A stretch of DNA of 64,000 nt from Marsupella aquatica (lineage: Eukaryota > Plantae > Marchantiophyta): the NCBI GenBank assembly GCA_973895155.1, contig OZ316897.1:20215224-20279223 (forward strand), read 5' to 3'. This document shows positions 1 through 10,094 of this stretch, in pieces; the stretch's first letter is position 1, and the number at the start of each line of letters is the position of its first letter. Under the pieces are notes generated by a model, which saw only the letters and a program-made list of their open reading frames with translations, was not told the origin of the DNA and did no database searches. The translations under genes and the position numbers were made by a program.

Positions 1-131
1 CTTTCTCAAACCTTTGCCAGCAGTGCTAAGTTCAAGTAGCTATTGTTCTGGAGGTCTCTCGAAAAACATTCGATGTCGCAACCTGGAAGTCTGTATTGGT
101 GCAAGTCTTTTATTCGTTTTCTCCTTTGCAG

Positions 132-1081
132 GTGCTTGTTAACGATCGCACGGCAAGTGCAAGTGAAATTGTATGTCCCAGAACTTGAATTTACTGTTCA
201 CGTTCATTTATTGTTTGTGTTATACATCTTTCCAGCGGATGTGGATGTTGAGTTTCATTAGCCATCCTCTTTTCTCACAAACTCGTTATATTTCCTTTAT
301 TGAGAGCATTCAATTGCTTGTCCGTTAGATGATGTACTCTGGACATAAATATATTTTATTGAGGCACTGGATGAAAAACTACATGTACTCTGGACATAGC
401 TGTGCTTTATTGAGGCATTGGATGAAAGACTCTTGGTCTCGCTTGTGATGCACATATGACAGGTGGCTGCAGCTCTCCATGATAATTGTCGAGCTATCCT
501 GGTTGGAAATCGAACGTTTGGGAAGGTACGACATTGCAAGTACTGTATTCTTTCGTCATAGCATGACCAGGAAATTAGTTATCAGATCACAGAAGAGGAA
601 GCACCCTCTACGTGTGGTTCTTTCTTACAGTTGACTATGCAATCAATAGCACGAACAAGTAAAGGCATGGAAGCAAAATATCTGCTGAATGTCTGCAGTT
701 TGTCACGCTTTATGTTTCTAATATATTACTCCTACTGCCTTGCTTTTCTAATTGGCGCAGGGTTTGATTCAGTCGGTGTATGAGCTTAGTGATGGTTCAG
801 GACTCATTCTCACTGTTGGGAAATACGTAACGCCGGGTAAAATTGACATAGATGGGAACGGCATTGAGCCTGATTTCAAAAACCCACCAGGTACGTTGAA
901 AAGTCGTCCTGATTAAGTTACTACCAGCCAAGATGTCCATGTCTTGCTATTTGTTTGCCCTACTTTAATCACACTAATGAGCTCATCCGTCTTTTCGATA
1001 GGATTGCCTGAAGCTAAGCAAAAGCTGGGGAGCTGTTCATTGCGCCTCAAGGAGAACACCCCTGGTACAGCTAGGCTATAG
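132..1081 (+). CDS. CTPA1: Carboxyl-terminal processing protease (peptidase S41, CtpA1-like), 3' part of gene; 5' part lies outside the window
   Basis: GT-AG exons 132-170, 463-525, 761-890 and 1002-1081 splice to VLVNDRTASASEI/VAAALHDNCRAILVGNRTFGK/GLIQSVYELSDGSGLILTVGKYVTPGKIDIDGNGIEPDF...TARL*. TASASE (catalytic Ser) and TFGKG (catalytic Lys) are S41 motifs. The CTPA1 subfamily call is from recalled similarity. Confidence 0.88.
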
Positions 1082-2143
1082 TGGACTTTGGAGAAAGCCT
1101 CAGCTTATGAGTGTAGGAAAATTGCTGATTTGTTCGGGGACTCTTGCAGTCTGGATTTGTAGAATTTCAAGTAAAGCAATTTTATTGTAGCTGTAGTTTC
1201 TCCTAGATAAGGGCACATATCTGCAACAGATCTGTAAGGGCTGAAGCTCTGAGCTCAAAAATTGTAAGTTCATCTGAGCTGAGTCAAGTCATTGTAAACC
1301 AAACATTCTGTTCACGGATCCAGTCTGTTTGTTTAGTAGGCTATCATACTTACCATATACACCTACCGTCACAGCAGTCTACTTACACGTGCACCACACT
1401 TTGCGTCTATCAATTTCTGAGCCAGAATACCAAAGCTTTAGGCATAGACAGATTGAAGTCGAGGGTTAAAAGTCCATTTCTTCCTGACCGTCAATTCTCT
1501 GTCCTTGGCAACAGTCTCTACTTCGACTTCTTAGCAAATCGTTCATTCCAACATATTTTCCTTTACTAATCGACAGGAAGGTCACCCATTACAACATCAA
1601 AGATGCACAGTTATCCTGAATATCCAATTTGTCTCTTCTCTAGGGGAAGTTACATAGCACAATGATTGGAGAGCAATCCACACGTCCACGACACCAGTTT
1701 TTTACATTGATCTGAGTGTCGTGGAAGGCACTTTAATTGTTTATTTTGTACAGGGAGACTTCAATCTGCGCATTTCGTGAAGTCTCCCTAGGCGAAATGA
1801 GCAGAGACCAGCTGGGTTGCAAATTTCTTGCACTGTAGAACAATCAGCTAAGTCCACAATATCAGTAGAAAGCATCCTGAAGAAGAAATGCAATCCATCA
1901 TGAACAATGGATGGCACTGTAAAATTGTGTAAGAAACACTAACATTGCCTATTGACAAAGCCCACCACCTCATGAGTACCGTAGGACGTGTCGATAGAAA
2001 ACCGGCTGAGTAGCACATATCTTGAAGTCCCAGTGACACCAATCGGTGTGTCTTTTGCATCTGTCCACAGCTCACTTCCCGAAAAAACTGTCACCGCAGG
2101 AAGAAGCAGGTCTAAAAGCCCAACAAGAACTTAGGCAAACAAC

Positions 2144-2635
2144 TTAAGCAGAAATTTGTGGCAGCTTCACAACTGTGACAGGGCAAGGAGCATTGTTGAC
2201 AACGTAATCGCTCACACTCCCCAAGAACAATTTCATGAGACCTCCAAGACCTCGACTTCCAAGTACCAGCACATCCAAAGGGAGTTCCACAATGGCATCA
2301 AGTAATTTCTCTTTGGCGTCTCCATAATATACTTTCCCAAAAACTGTCACGTGTTTTGAATTGATCAGTTGTTTCAGAGATTCGGTGACTTCAGGGCTCA
2401 CTGTGACGTCGTATCTCTGCATCATGTCCACCTGACTGAACGCCGGGAACGGGATCAGAGGGGATCCGTGGGCTTCCCACATCTGCTCGGCGCTCTCGTC
2501 CAGACCGGTCTTCTTCACAACCATCAAGACAAAGATCTTGTCGCCATCCCTCAGAATGTTGTCAATGGCCCACTGGAGAGCATAGTTGCTACTCAGCGAG
2601 AAGTCCAGAGCTATTCCCAACTGCCTATCAGCCAT
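2144..2635 (-). CDS. Universal stress protein A-like (USP), single coding exon
   Basis: 163-aa ORF with N-terminal IALDFSLSSNYALQWA and C-terminal GDAKEKL...LVLGSRGLGGLMKLFLGSVSDYVVNNAPCPVTVVK, the USP ATP-binding signature. Confidence 0.92.
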   Translation of the reverse strand: MADRQLGIALDFSLSSNYALQWAIDNILRDGDKIFVLMVVKKTGLDESAEQMWEAHGSPLIPFPAFSQVDMMQRYDVTVSPEVTESLKQLINSKHVTVFGKVYYGDAKEKLLDAIVELPLDVLVLGSRGLGGLMKLFLGSVSDYVVNNAPCPVTVVKLPQISA

Positions 2636-4238
2636 TTTCTCAAGTCGAGTCGAACGCCTTCAAAACTTCAGGGGACAGACACACCGAGATGGCCGTAGAC
2701 GAGTTCGCTAAAGAGAAGAGGTCAGCCGAAGCAACAAAAATGATGGAACCCGACAACACCCCCGACGCACAACAAGGGACCAACTAAATTGACAATGATT
2801 CGGTTGTAAACCCAAAACGGCGTCGATCCCAACAGGTAGAGGGCACTTCAAAGAGTGAAATGAAGAGACGAAAATCAATGGAACTCACAAGCAAAGCGAG
2901 CTTCTTTCCGTCTGAGCGCTACTTTCCACTTATGCTGCTCTCCTGATAAGTTGATCTTCTCCTAAAAGTCCCAATAAATAAGAAAGAAAGACAAGGAAAT
3001 AGATCCTGATAGAATGCTAATGAAATACTAGAAAGGAATCGAGACCAGTCGTAAATGTTTTCTCAGAGAATCAAATCAAGCAGGACGGGAGCTGAACTAC
3101 GAGGAACACTCTAGCCTTGACAAAGAGCTGTCCTCGTCGTCAGCCACTATTCAGTCAGAATGCAGCTGGAATTCTATCAGACTATTGAGGCTTCTCCAGC
3201 CTTGACAAGGAGTTCCTCCTTCACAAGCTGTCATATATGACTCGGGACATGAAGCAAACAATTTCTCGGAGAATTGAATCGCATTGGAGCTGAACTATTC
3301 GCAACACTCTGCAGAATGAGGAGGCAGAGGAGAGAGAAACGACACTCCTAGCAACAGAGTCTTCGTGAAGTCATGTGCGCAGTGACTTCAGGACAATTCA
3401 AACAATCCTGAACAGCGAGTCATCAACGCGCCGACAAGTTCTTAAAAAAACAACAGTACAATGACAAACTCTGGAGGGCGAGGAGCGAATCCAATCAGCG
3501 ACAAATCTCGAGAGCGAGGAGGCAAAGAGGGAGAAGAAGCAACCCACCTCCTGCACGACTGTATGACCAATTCGAGCCCCCGATTCAAAAATCAGAAACA
3601 AAGGATCACTACAGAACCACAAAGGGAGCACTCTGGAGGGCAAAATGGCAGCAGCAGCTCTCGAGAGGGCGGAGGCGAAGATTGAGATCGAAACAACTGG
3701 CAACAGACCATTCAAAGTGACGATTCAAACGATTCAAAATGACGATTCATTAATGGACACAAAAACAGTCTTAAAACAACAACAGATTGCAAACAACAGA
3801 GTACAGGAGAGAGGGAGCGTCTCGACGGCGAGGAGCAAAACCAAATGGCACGGATTCTCGAGAGCGACGAGGCGAAGGAGGAGAGGGAGGAACAAGTGGC
3901 ACCAACTTTCTTCAGGTGGGCGAGTCATGTGGATGCACGGAGTGGAAAGGAGAGTGGGCGAGAGACTCGTCACGCATGGACGACGTTCGAGAGCCGCGTA
4001 GACGGAGGACCTGCCCCATCATTTTATTATATTGTACTACGCTGATTGCCCATTCACGTTCACGTACATATATATAAACGTAAATGACAGAAGGCAAGAC
4101 TCTATCCCAAATACAAGAGACCACATAATAAAGGGGGATAAATGTATAGGCTTGACGCCCGAAAACTTACTTTGCAAGTTTTTTAGTCTTTTAGTCACAT
4201 GACCGTTAATTTTCTATATCCAAGAACCTGGTTGGTGA

Positions 4239-4485
4239 CATCCATTTTGGGGACTACTCTTTTGACTACCAAACTCGCTAGCCATTTGGACTCTTAAAAT
4301 ACACTAAATAAATAAAATGCAGCAAAAATCAAAAGAAATTTAAAACCACTAGTGGCTCGCTACATCCATTTTGGGGATTACTCTTTTGACCAGCAAACTT
4401 GCTAGCCATTTGGAGTTTTAAAGAACATTAAATAAATAAAATGCAGCAAAAATCAAAAGAAATTTAAAATCACTAGTAGCTCGCT
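4239..4485. repeat. Tandem duplication, ~123-bp unit, 2 copies
   Basis: catccattttgggga...aaataaataaaatgcagcaaaaatcaaaagaaatttaaaa..actagt.gctcgcta occurs at ~4239 and ~4362. Confidence 0.85.
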
Positions 4486-5330
4486 AACAACACTCTCCCG
4501 GCTAATAAAATTCTTGTTTTCCTGCATTATACAATATGTTGCATCCAGTCCCCTTTACTAGATATAAGATGACCATTTGTTGCCCCACTTATTTGGGAAG
4601 AGACATATGGGAGACCGCATAGTTATAAAGGGGACGTACCGGGTGTCTTTCTTCGTACTTTCAGGTCTATGTTCAGTTGTTATGAGGGCATCTCAATGTC
4701 TCTTGAGAGCCGTCTGGGCTGCTGACCTCCAGAAAACAAGGCCGGAATAGGGCCAGCTCTTGCGTTTTGGGTGTGAGTAAGCACCAGGGGGATAACTTTG
4801 AGAGGAGTCATAAATTGTACAAATAACGGAAGATCGAAGTTCTGCATTTAGCAAAGAAACCTTAGAGGAAATTACTACCGTCAATGCAGTGTACTGCATA
4901 TTTTGGGTCTGCATCCCACAACATGAACTCTTGGCTTGACTGAAGGCCAGTGTATTCTAGAGTTTGAGATGCCCTATTGGACCACATTGACCCTGTTGAC
5001 TTGTTTTTGTTTTTATCTTTTTATTTTACCAGTATTGGGTATAACAGCTTTTTACTAAGTAGTCCCCCAAATTGACCCAATTTAGTACCCGCTCCCCCAA
5101 ACTAAATTATTCTCAAGTGCCCCCCCATTTCGTATGTTGGGTTAAGTAAACCACAGGAGTTAACCCAAGGTTGTCCGACATTGGTCGGGTGCCACATGGC
5201 GAGGTGCTACTCGCCCGCGTGCTACCCTGGTGAAGAATGCCCGGTCCCGGGCCCCACCCCCTATACAGAAGTAGGGTCATCGGGCCCTCCCGGCCGAGGA
5301 TCACCCTGCTCCGGCCCAAAGACTCCCTTC

Positions 5331-5444
5331 GCCCGACGGCTACCCTGCCGTGGCCCAAAGCCTCCCAAGCCCGACGGCTACCCTGCCGTGGCCCAAAGCC
5401 TCCCAAGCCCGACGACCACCCTGCTGTGGCCCAAAGCCTCCCAA
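5331..5444 (+). repeat. 38-bp tandem repeat x3 inside the left TIR (x2 in the right TIR at ~9697-9773)
   Basis: gcccgacggctaccctgccgtggcccaaagcctcccaa at 5331, 5369 and 5407. The reverse complement occurs twice in the right TIR. Confidence 0.9.
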
Positions 5445-5930
5445 CCCCGACCACTGCCCTGTGCGAAAACTCCCGTTTTGTGTTAAAAAAAGGTTCGAAT
5501 GTTTCAATATTCGCCCCTTACGTAGGTGCGACTGTTTTCAAATTTTGGGAGGGCAGTAAGTCCTGCAAGAGCGGAAGGGAAACAGCAAGGGGAAGTCGGT
5601 GGAAGGGGAGGCGTACGACCTCCCATTGAGGTCCGACAACCTCCTAAGCTTGGCGTCCCCATCCCCGGCACCTCTATCCTTCCACTTGTTCACATTCAAG
5701 GCTTCAATGTCCTACAACTTATTTTAAATCTGAGAGAGTTAGCATTGTTGAGGGAGTCCCGAGTTTTTGCTGAAGAGAAAGGTTGAATGTTTCCACATTT
5801 GAATTTCCCCATTCGATTCCCTACTGATTGACATTCTGTGTGACTGAGTTTACTAGTCTATTGTGATTGTTGTTGTTGCGAGTTCAGGCAGCAGTGAGAG
5901 GGCAAGGGTGAAGGTGCACAGGAGGTGGCA

Positions 5931-6575
5931 ATGATGTGGACATTGCTTGTTAAGGCATTCCTTATTTGCATTTGGGCAATCCTTGGAGTGCTTGGCACCT
6001 CATTTCGTGTCGTCTCGGATCTGCTGCACTGGTGTAGAGACTACGTGCACTTAGGTGTACAGACCTTGGATTCTAGAGGACATCGAGCAGGCAGCCATGA
6101 CCCCAATGCCCTAGGCAGCCATGAGCCCAGTGCACCAGAATTTTCAGAGGAGTTGTTAATATGTGAGCAGACGAATGGTCCGAAAGTAACCCCATAGACT
6201 AAGGTACAAGTGATCAGGGCAGAACCAGCAAAGAGCTCAAATGTCCAGGGCTCAGAGTCGAAGGTGGCAGAAGCAATTGGCAGAGGATTTGTCCAGGGCT
6301 CAGCTTGGGTGGTGGAACCGATTGGTATAGAGACTCCGCAAGTTCACTATGTGGAAGGCCCTGCATCCACATAGAAACCTGGAAAGAAGCAGAAATTCTA
6401 TGCTGTCGTGCACGGTTTCCAACCAGGAATTTATGAGATGTGGGATGAGTGTGAAAAACAAGTTTGGGGATTTAGTGGCTGCAAGTTTAAGTCCTTCAAG
6501 ACCAGGGCCGAGGCAGTAGAGTATATGCAGAAAGGAATGACAAGTAGATCTGGTTGGGGAATCCGCCAGATGTAG
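5931..6575 (+). pseudogene. MULE second gene: N-terminal hydrophobic segment plus C-terminal RNase H1 N-terminal hybrid-binding (Cauli_VI-like) domain; two in-frame TAG stops
   Basis: One reading frame of 214 codons from ATG 5931, interrupted only by TAG at 6195 and 6372. It starts MMWTLLVKAFLICIWAILGVLG and ends KKQKFYAVVHGFQPGIYEMWDECEKQVWGFSGCKFKSFKTRAEAVEYMQK...*, matching the consensus KFYAV..G..PGIY..W.EC...V.G..G..FKSF.T..EA..Y. Confidence 0.85.
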
Positions 6576-6927
6576 ACTATGTGAAAACTATCCTGATGGA
6601 TCACTCTCTACAACTGATGTAATTAAAGTTGTGCGTAGAAGTAAAGTTTGGCTTGGCTTTTAATTTACTCTGTAATTCTGTCCACATTTCACTAGTTTGT
6701 GGCAAGCATTGTAAAGTATTCTGACGAAAAGCAATTCATAACTCTTTTGCAAAAAGACAATATCATGTCATACACATGTATTCCTCTAAGTGTTACAAGA
6801 AGCCTGTGTACATATTACAGGCCATGAATCACACATGTTTGTTCCTCATGAGTGTTGAAAAATGCCTATCTACATAGAACAGGCCATGAAAAGTTTGCAA
6901 AACCAAATTAAACTGTTCTGTTGATCA

Positions 6928-9001
6928 TCAGGGATTTGCACCCTGAGATTCTACTCTAGCCAACAATTGAGAGAAGCTACCTATTTCAAGACTTTCATGT
7001 GTTCCCCAACCAACTACAATGTGACTTCCGCCCTCGTCATTGGTCTCTTCAAGGCTGGAAGAGTCATTAGTGCCACCCATGTCACTTGCGTACATGTTGT
7101 CCTTGTCACTGTCAAGGTCCTGATATTTCTTTGCAACATTGTTGTCATGAACATGCATTGGAGAAGTTGCCACCATCTCTTGACTTGCTGCACGTTGGGG
7201 ACAATTCCGCCTATCATGCCCTCTGTCACAACACAGTCCACACTTTTGAGGCAGTCGACACACTTCATCATCATTGAAATGCATCCTCAACCTCTCAGTT
7301 GGACGCCCTTTCCTCCGCCTCTTCAATGGCGGACTGCAATTGGGATCTGGCAACAAGTCACTCCCTACCAAGGCTGGCAAATGAGTTGCATACGTTTTTC
7401 TGAATGTTTCTGAACTGTACATTGGGGAGACATAATCATAATGTCTCTTGTATAGTCTTGTCAAGGCCCGCCAAGCATGCATGCATGGCAGAAGAGTGTC
7501 TTGGAAGTCACCACAACTACAAGACCAGTGAGGTTTGAATTGCACAATGAACTGAATGTTCCATTCATCAGTAATCCTCACCTCTGATTGACTGGATGGG
7601 TGAGCAATAAGATGAGTTGCTTTCTCCTTGACGTCCCTCAAATATGTCATGATGTTGGGAGGGAATGGGGTACTGATCCCTGCAGCCAACTCTTTCTTCT
7701 CAAAGTACTTCACCATGATATAATCCCAAATTTGGCAAGACATGTTCAAGGTTACTTCCTGCCGCTGTGGTTTGAAAGCACGGTTGCTACTTTCGGCTTG
7801 CTGTGAAGTCTTATGGCCCCATTTGTCGTAAACAAGCAAAGTTTAGCAACTGCACCCTGTGCTGGAAATTGTAGCTGAATTTCAGAAAGACAAAAAGGGA
7901 GTTGTTCACCTTCGATGTGGAAAAAAGGCTCTTGAATAATATTTGGGATTCGTTGTCTTTCTAATGTAATCAACAGCAGGTTTGCTCTTTTCTTCAATAC
8001 GCTGTAGCCGTGCATTATACTTTGCTGGAGTCACAGCATATGGTAGGCTCTCAAAGAGTTTTCTGATTTGTTTGCCATGGTGTTTATGCACATTCTCGGC
8101 AAGATGCCAAGTGCAATATGCCGGATGCCCATGCGGGAAAATCTCTGGCACTCCATCAGTCAAACCTTTCTCTCTATCTGAAACAAAGACAGTGTCCAGC
8201 TTGCTCAAGTTTGGAATGGCTTCTCTTAACAAATTCAAAAACATCCTCCAATTCACCTCATTTTCTGATGGCACCCAGGAATAAGCTAGAACAATCACAG
8301 TATTATTTGCATCCAGTGTGGTTGCCAACAACAAGATTCCAAGATACATACACCTAGTGTGGATGCCATCCAATGCAATCATTGGCCTGCAGTGACGATA
8401 GGATTCTCTAGAAGCATAGGGATAGACAAACAACATATCTAAATGACCTCCAGGAGCTCTGTACTTAGCTACTGCCCCCGAATCACGTTGTAGGATATGG
8501 TGGCAATGAGCAGGGATCAATTTAAAAGACTCAGTCTGGTCTCCATCAAGACGCTTCAAACATCTTTGTTTTGCAGCGTATGCAGTGTGATATTTAATGT
8601 TAGGGTGGACTAAAGCTTGGGCAGAATCTCTCAAGAATGAGGCTCTTGTTTGCCGATTTTTCTGAATGATATCCAGTATACGATTTGCAAGCCTATCTGA
8701 ATTGGAGTGCATTCTATGTTTGTAATGGTCTGCAGCTTCGCATGTGTGTTCTAGGTGAGTTTGAGTGATCGTTATGGTCTCAATTCTACATTTTTTGTTG
8801 CCCTTAGATGCCAATGGCATTGCTTCTCCCCATGGATATTGTCAATCATCCGACATTTTACCTTCCACTTGTTGTGGTCCTTCTTTTGTGTCACAATTAC
8901 TCTCTCAGTTCTAACTCCATCATCTGCAATGGCTTTCTTCAAGTCCTCCCAGCTGTCATATGTTTTCTCGATTTTCAGCTGCAGGGACTCATGTGATTCC
9001 A
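6928..9001 (-). pseudogene. MuDR/MURA-type transposase (N-terminal DNA-binding domain, DDE core, SWIM, zinc knuckle), disrupted
   Basis: N-terminal YDSWEDLKKAI...CRM...CHWHLRA...HTC; core MIALDGIH, SENEVNW, FVSDREKGL, CTWHLAEN, TSQQAESSN; SWIM CSCGDFQDTLLPCMH; knuckle CGLCCDRGHDRRNC. There is a frameshift at ~8780-8800. An intron at ~7822-7909 has a GT donor but its acceptor reads AA instead of AG. Confidence 0.92.
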
Positions 9002-10094
9002 TGGTTCCTAAACCACAAAGCAAGCAATACATGAGGAATGAAGAAATTTATACCAGAGGAACAATAAATAACATGCAGTCTTCATGAACAAAGAATACAA
9101 CATTTTCTTGTAGCACTTACAATAACTTCTGGAAGACAACACAAGCTTCCCTTTGCTCTTGCAGTAGGTGGTCCTCCGTCCTTTGTTGCCCTCTGCCACT
9201 CACAAGAATTCCCCCACAGTCGGCACCATTTTACTACAATGTCATTTTGCCTTGAAACCGGCTCGAATGTGCAATAGTTTAAGCCTAAGTTCTGTCGAAA
9301 CTTGGGTCTGCCCTACAATGTCGAGCTCCCACCGGATTTGTCGATCCCCTCCCTTGGCTACTCACATGAACAGAACTCACAAAACGCACTCCTCCCGTCC
9401 CACCTCCTTGTCATTGCCCTTCGCCCAAGACCACAATGTGAAATACCTGCAGCAATGTGTAAACAGTGGTGGTTGCTTTCGGGAGAACGTGTTGCCTCAA
9501 CACGCCAGCTGGAAGGTCATCGGAGCTCAATGGTAGGCCGCTGGCCATCCATTCCACCTGCTTTCATCCCACTCTTGCAGGAATCGTTGCCCTCCCGAAG
9601 TCTGAAAATAGTCACACCTACGTAAGGGGCAAATGTTGAAACATTCAAACCTTTTTTAACACAAAACGAGAGTTTTCGCACAGGGCAGTGGTCGGGGTTG
9701 GGAGGCTTTGGGCCACAGCAGGGTGGTCGTCGAGCTTGGGAGGCTTTGGGCCATGGCAGGGTAGCCGGCGGGCGAAGGGAGTCTTTGGGCCGGAGCAGGG
9801 TGATCCTTGGCCAGGAGGGCCTGATGACCCTAATTCTGTATAGGGGGTGCGGGGGGGCCGGGACCGGGCATTCTTCACCAGGGTAGTATGCGGGCGAGTA
9901 GCACCTCGCCATGTGGCACCCGACCAATGACGGACAACCTCAGGTTAACTCCTGTGGTTTACTTAACCCAACATACGAAATGGGGGGGGGGCACTTGAGA
10001 AATAATTTAGTTTGGGGGAGCGGGTACTAAATTGGGTCAATTTGGGGGACTACTTAGTAAAAAGCTATTGGGTATAATTGTTGTGTTTTTTTCT

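Larger units (their letters stand above)
5045..10067. mobile_element. Mutator-like (MULE) DNA transposon with long TIRs (~550-590 bp) and a 10-bp TSD
   Basis: Left end CAGCTTTTTACTAAGTAGTCCCCCAAATTGACC (5045) is the reverse complement of the right end ...GGGGGACTACTTAGTAAAAAGCTA (10067). Similarity continues over ~5045-5635 vs ~9520-10067. TTGGGTATAA flanks both sides (5035-5044 and 10068-10077). A MURA-type transposase lies inside. Confidence 0.95.

Noticed and set aside
3398-4124. Cluster of short ORFs upstream of the USP gene
   Set aside because: Purine/pyrimidine-biased sequence typical of a UTR or promoter, with no recognisable domain.
5113-5786. Several overlapping Pro/Arg-rich ORFs (also 9517-9927)
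   Set aside because: They arise from the GC-rich TIR tandem repeats, mirrored in both TIRs, and show no protein motifs.
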